Source: Marsupella aquatica (taxonomy: Eukaryota; Plantae; Marchantiophyta). From it: 64,000 nt of DNA. The translations under genes were made by a program, and so were the position numbers. The stretch lies in assembly GCA_973895155.1 (NCBI GenBank), contig OZ316897.1:23101455-23165454 (forward strand), given 5' to 3'. The notes beneath the pieces were generated by a model that did not search any database, had not been told where the DNA came from, and was given only the letters and a program-made list of their open reading frames with translations. Below are positions 58,993-64,000 of the stretch, piece after piece. Each line of letters begins with the position of its first letter. Position 1 is the first letter of the stretch.

Positions 58993-60256
58993 AAACCTCT
59001 TCAGTACAAAGGTACTAAAAAGTTGTGCACACCTAGTACAGATTTTCACTTGAGTCTAGGTAATGACAATCAACTCAACTAAAACCATAATTTTTGTAAA
59101 AGAAACCGCCAGGGGAACTTAGTACACCAAATGTGCACATTATTCAAACTCATTTCTCTCACTCTCATGAGACAAAAGATAATTCACTAAGGAGTGATTG
59201 AAAAGGAAAGATTAAACATTTATGAGGGGAGCCAAATACATTCAAAATACTCTGAGTTCACTAAATTAAAAGGGGTCCAAAAGTTAATTCAAAATAAAAT
59301 TAATATAAATGATTCACCTAGTTAAGGCACATTAAAATAAAAATACTGAACACAAAATTTGAATAAGACAAAATTTGAAAGGTGAATTCACCATATAGCA
59401 GCTTCATACAATTCCTGGTTTGGAGTTTTCTGCCTTTGTGTAGTGTGATATATACTTTGAATTACAAAATATTGTACCTTATAAAATACAGTCACCATAC
59501 CTCATTCCAATGGAGTATTGTCACCACTAGCCCCATTACCCGTTCTTTGAGCGTGAATAACAGAAAGAGCAATAAAAATGTTATTTTATTCTTTGAAGGT
59601 TAATGAAATGATAAAAAAAACCCATCATTTTAATAGTTATATATAATACATTATTCTCCTTTCTGTGCACATCCGTCTCTGTAAGCACATATGTTGTGGT
59701 GGGTCCATAGTGTCCATTTTTTTAAGGTATTTCTTAATAATTATCACAAAAAACTTTCATGTATCATTTGACATATATCAGAGTCATGAGTTTTTCACAT
59801 GCACATTAATTTTTCCATGCACATGATGGCCCTAGGCAAAGTAGACTTCAGTTCAAGCATTTATAGTAAGATTTGTGGGAATTCACTTTTGTGCCACATC
59901 AGTCACTTTCTCTCTCACCCAAGACAATAAAACACATCATTTAATTCAAACATTAAATGCCTAGGGAACCCCTCAGCTACTTCACTAACTTTAGCTCTCA
60001 CTAAATGCAATTAAACACCTTATTTAATTCAAACACACCTTACAATAGCAACATATATATTCCTTTCTAGATAGGATAACTTTAAATTTCTTTAATTATG
60101 AATAAGTTAAAGTAGTCATGTCATAGAACTGGCCAACAACTATAAGAGTACATCAAGTGAACTCTTGTCATTTTGTAAAGTGAATTGTTACAAAGACCAT
60201 CAAATATACTCTGGAGATTGAGATATGCAAGGTAAAAGTGCAAGCTGCTGCTACAG

Positions 60257-60432
60257 CTCGTTTGTGAAGTGCCCCCTCATGGACCGCTCGTTTTGTAAAG
60301 TGCTCTTCATGAACTGCTCGTTTTGAAAAGTGCTCCTCATGAAGTGCTCGTTTTGTAAAGTGCCCATTGTAAAGTGCCCCTCATGAAGTGCTCGTTTTGT
60401 AAAGTGCCCTTTGTAAAGTGCCCCTCATGAGC
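60257..60432. repeat. 30-bp minisatellite upstream of MMT
   Basis: gctcgttttgtaaagtgcccctcatgaagt units, about 6 copies including partial ones. Confidence 0.9.
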
Positions 60433-60900
60433 TGCTGGTTCCAAAGCCCATTCGGCTCGTCACACCCCGGGCATGCGAATCGAGGAGCGGGGCCTTTTTG
60501 TGTCGAGGATTACGGACGAGTTTGACACTCGAAGAGCAGCATTCAATCAGGTTCTGCCCAGTCCTTTGGAGAATCGGAACTGCAAACCGGCCTGGAATTA
60601 GAATTCATGGCAGGTGATCAGACACGCTTCTCCGCGGGATCGGTCGTGTCGATAAGATCGTTTGAGGATGGCATTAGCAATCACTTCAGAGGGAACTGAA
60701 TCAATGGGTCAGAGCCGGGAAAGGAGAGGGGAAGAGCATCCCGCAAGCTGCCCTGATTAGCTTACTGCGAACATCGTGGAATTTTTGTACCTACGACTTG
60801 ACCTTCTCGCCTTGTCATGCTACGGTACTCGTCATATGACCGCAATTTGACGAGCGCTGAAGGAGATTGAAGGGAAAGAGAGGATTAGAGAAAAAGAAAC

Positions 60901-63900
60901 ATGGGTGATCGGGATGTCCTGGATTTTTTGGCGGAATGTAAGGAGTCGGGGGACAAAGCCTACGGGGCTGTCAAAGGCGTGTTGCAGAGACTTATGAATT
61001 TGAACACGAGAGTTGAAGCGAGAGTTTTTTTAAATCGAGTCGAGACTTATGTGAATGCGGAGCTGCCCAACGCAGATACCTTGGCGGAGTTCCATTTCCG
61101 AATTCACCCACTCTCTCTTACGGATTTTGAAGGTGCTATACATGTTGTCCTGATATTTTTGGCATTAGTCATCTTAAGTGTGGGTGAATATATAAAATGT
61201 AGCTGTTACCACAAGCTTTCTAGTTGTTCTAACTTGGTGACACAACCTATGACTGCCAAGATTTGGAGACTGTTATATAGTGTGGGTCTCGGGAATGCAG
61301 AAAGTTCATTCACTCAACTTGTTCAGACACTCAATCGACGGATATTTTCCGCTAGTAGTCAAGGAGGGCAGAATTTGGAACGCAGCTACCGGAAGCATTC
61401 TTTTCCGTTTTCCAGTTTGTATCCTTCACGGCGATGTCCTCAAATTTGCGAAGCCATGCAAAGTTTGGTACGTGGGTGCACACAATGCATCGTGTTACCT
61501 TGTCAAACACGTTGATGACCAGCTGTCAATGCCACTACATCTTAGCAGGTCCTATTCACAGCGTTATTCGTCAGCGCACCTAAAGTTGTTAGAGATCCGG
61601 CACCGCACTTCATTGCAAATGTTTTAGATCATTCCGGGACTCAAAGGGGATATTGCGATTCCCTGATAAACCGTCATACCTGTCTTTCCACTGGGTGCTA
61701 CATCTTTCACTAGGCGTTGTTAAATTGTATCCAAAGTTGAACAACCATCAAGAAGTCATCTCTCACAGAACGAGGTAATCGAGATCAGTAATGATTTTAA
61801 ATCTGCTTAAAATCCATGGTGATAGTCGAATAGCACGATCCTAAATACTTTAAAGTTGTTATCTGCCTCACGAGTGTATTGTATCTGGTCCTTTTCACCT
61901 GTACTACCACTAATGATTTTTAATCAAATTGAATTGGTTTGACGACTGAACTCTGTAGTTTTGCAACCCCAGACGTTGAGTACCAGACTGTACACAGCAA
62001 TCGGGATCCAGACAAGATACTAGAGCCTGCGACTTCTCGATGCATGTTGTATGGATATTTCCAAGCAAATATCTGATAATATATCCATACAGGTGTCGAC
62101 ACTGGCAGCATAGAGTTTTCGGAACTTTTTGGGGAGACTTGATCTGTTAATTGCACAAAGTCATTTTGTTTTCTGTTAATCTGACATAACAGCAAATCCC
62201 GGACTTTCTGCATTGACTTTGAATTCTTCTGGTTCAGGCTTTCGAGAGAATCGGCAGAAACTCAAATTGTTGGAACTTCCCAGTATTTTTATACCTGAAG
62301 ATTGGTCGTTCACTTTTCTGGAAGGCCTCAACAGACATCCGGAGAGTGGGTTTCAGGACAGGGATGTTGTTGAACTTGGATGCGGGAACGGCTGGATCTC
62401 TATCGCTCTAGCTGAGCGATGGTCTCCTAAGAAGGTAAGGAACCACAATGTGCTTTAACTCTCTTCCACTAGCGTGAAAACTTCTTTGCGGTGTCCCCTT
62501 CATTGAATGCAGCTTGAGCCTGGAAGACTATTTGATTAAATGATAGTCATTTCACTCATTGCTGTAAACATAGTCTCGTTAGTCTTGATATAGAGTATTT
62601 ATTTGCATTTGATTCGTTAGTCCCGGATTGCTTGTAGGTATACGGTTTGGACATCAATCCTAGGGCCATCAAAGTTGCTCAGATAAACTTGTATCTTAAT
62701 GCTCTCGATGGGGATGGGTCACCTATTTTCGACCATGAAGGCAAGACTTTGCTCGACAGGGTTGAATTCCATGAGTCAGATCTTCTTGGGTACTGTCGTG
62801 ATCGGGACATCATGCTGGACCGTATTGTTGGCTGCATACCACAGGTTTGTGACCGATGGCTTCCCCTTCTTTTCTTCTGTTTTGACTGTCTGTCTTAACA
62901 CTGAAGGAAAATACTTCTTACCTTGTATAAGACCATTTTTGAGAATGAATGAATGTGCAGTGGTATGATGCTTTTTGCCACAGAAAGTCGCAAAAATCTC
63001 AGCGCATGATCCTCAAATATCTCTGTGGATCTATCTGGTTATGAATACCCTGGCCACCTTGCATCCGAGAGCGATGGCTACTACTTGTTACACTTCTAAT
63101 AATCCACTCGATCGTGCTCCTGATGAGCTGACAGGTTCTCACCCCTAATCCGGAGGCAATGGCTAGTATCATATCGGAGAATGCAGGTGAAGAGTTCCTG
63201 TTTTCTCTTAGCAATTATTGTGGACTACAGGTAAAAACATCCAAGCTTGTTGGGACTTGTATTTTTTGCTGCTGTGACGTATTCGCTATTTTAGGGTTCA
63301 TCAAATGCACACGGGATAGCAGTGTCTGTATTCAGGGTTCCCAATCTTGAGACTTCGTCTTAAGGACGTTGGAAGGATGCATATTTCTAAGTTAAAATAT
63401 TTTCTTTCATTAGCAGACAGAATCAGTGCTTGTTGGCATGAAATCAACCCTGGTCATTTGTATCCAGGGTTTTGTGGAGGATCAGTTCGGCCTTGGGCTT
63501 GTAGCAAGAGCTGCTGAAGAAGGGATTGCTCTTCTCAGACCAAACGGTGCTATGATTTTCAATATGGGTGGTAGGCCAGGGCAGGCTGTTTGCGAAAGAT
63601 TGTTTGAGCGGAGGGGATTTCACATTAACAAGCTGTGGCAAACTCGAGTAATTCAGGTGATTTTCATCGAAGATATGAGACCTAGTGGCTTGTCCTTCCA
63701 TGGTTTTTTCTCAAGAGGATTGCTGGAATGGAAATCAAATTGTTTACGCCAAAGACGTCCATCATTCTCTGATGGAGAGAAATGCCATGCAGGTTAGGAT
63801 CTGATTGCTTTTGGTCCTTTTGCAGGCTGCTGACACAGATATTCTTGCGCTTGTTGAAATTGAGAAAAACAGTCCACATCGGTTTGAGTTTTATATGGGT

Positions 63901-64000
63901 CGTGTTTCTGAAGAACCGATTAATGCTCGCACAGCATACACATTTGCAAAAGCAGGGGGTGAGATTGCACACGGGTTGTCGGTCTATGAATGTCGCCTGA
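60901..64000 (+). CDS. MMT: Methionine S-methyltransferase, 5' part (runs off the window)
   Basis: FLAECKESGDKAYG, LPSIFIPEDWSFTFLEGLNRHP, VELGCGNGWISIA (SAM motif I), GLDINPRA, DRIVGCIPQ, GFVEDQFGLGL, IFNMGGRPGQ and AADTDI. Exons ~60901-61132, 62239-62434, 62638-62844, 63134-63230, 63469-63656 and 63826->end. Confidence 0.95.

Noticed and set aside
61133-61515. Read-through portion of ORF 60901-61515
   Set aside because: MMT similarity ends at the donor after 61132 and resumes in phase at 62239, so this stretch is intron.

Overview
Intron-rich land-plant nuclear DNA, most consistent with a moss or other bryophyte (inferred from the moss-style DYW-PPR gene and the TE content). The left ~24 kb is mostly decayed transposons. 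A Sola-like (DUF7869-type) transposase relic carries a 297-bp MITE with an 8-bp TSD. Just after its stop sits a complete 6,996-bp PIF/Harbinger-superfamily element with perfect 16-bp TIRs, an ATT TSD, a DDE transposase, a fungal/oomycete-style Myb/SANT-like partner gene and two extra unexplained ORF relics. A frameshifted PLS-DYW RNA-editing factor and Ty3/gypsy fragments follow. The rest holds spliced genes: a SPIDR(DUF4502)-like gene (-), TBCD (-), RPS6 (+), an otubain deubiquitinase (-) and the 5' part of methionine S-methyltransferase (+). Between them lie two non-autonomous Helitron-like copies, a foldback element with a nested TA-TSD MITE, an LRR relic and several tandem repeats. No CRISPR array, tRNA or rRNA was seen. 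Family assignments rest on recalled motifs, not database searches.
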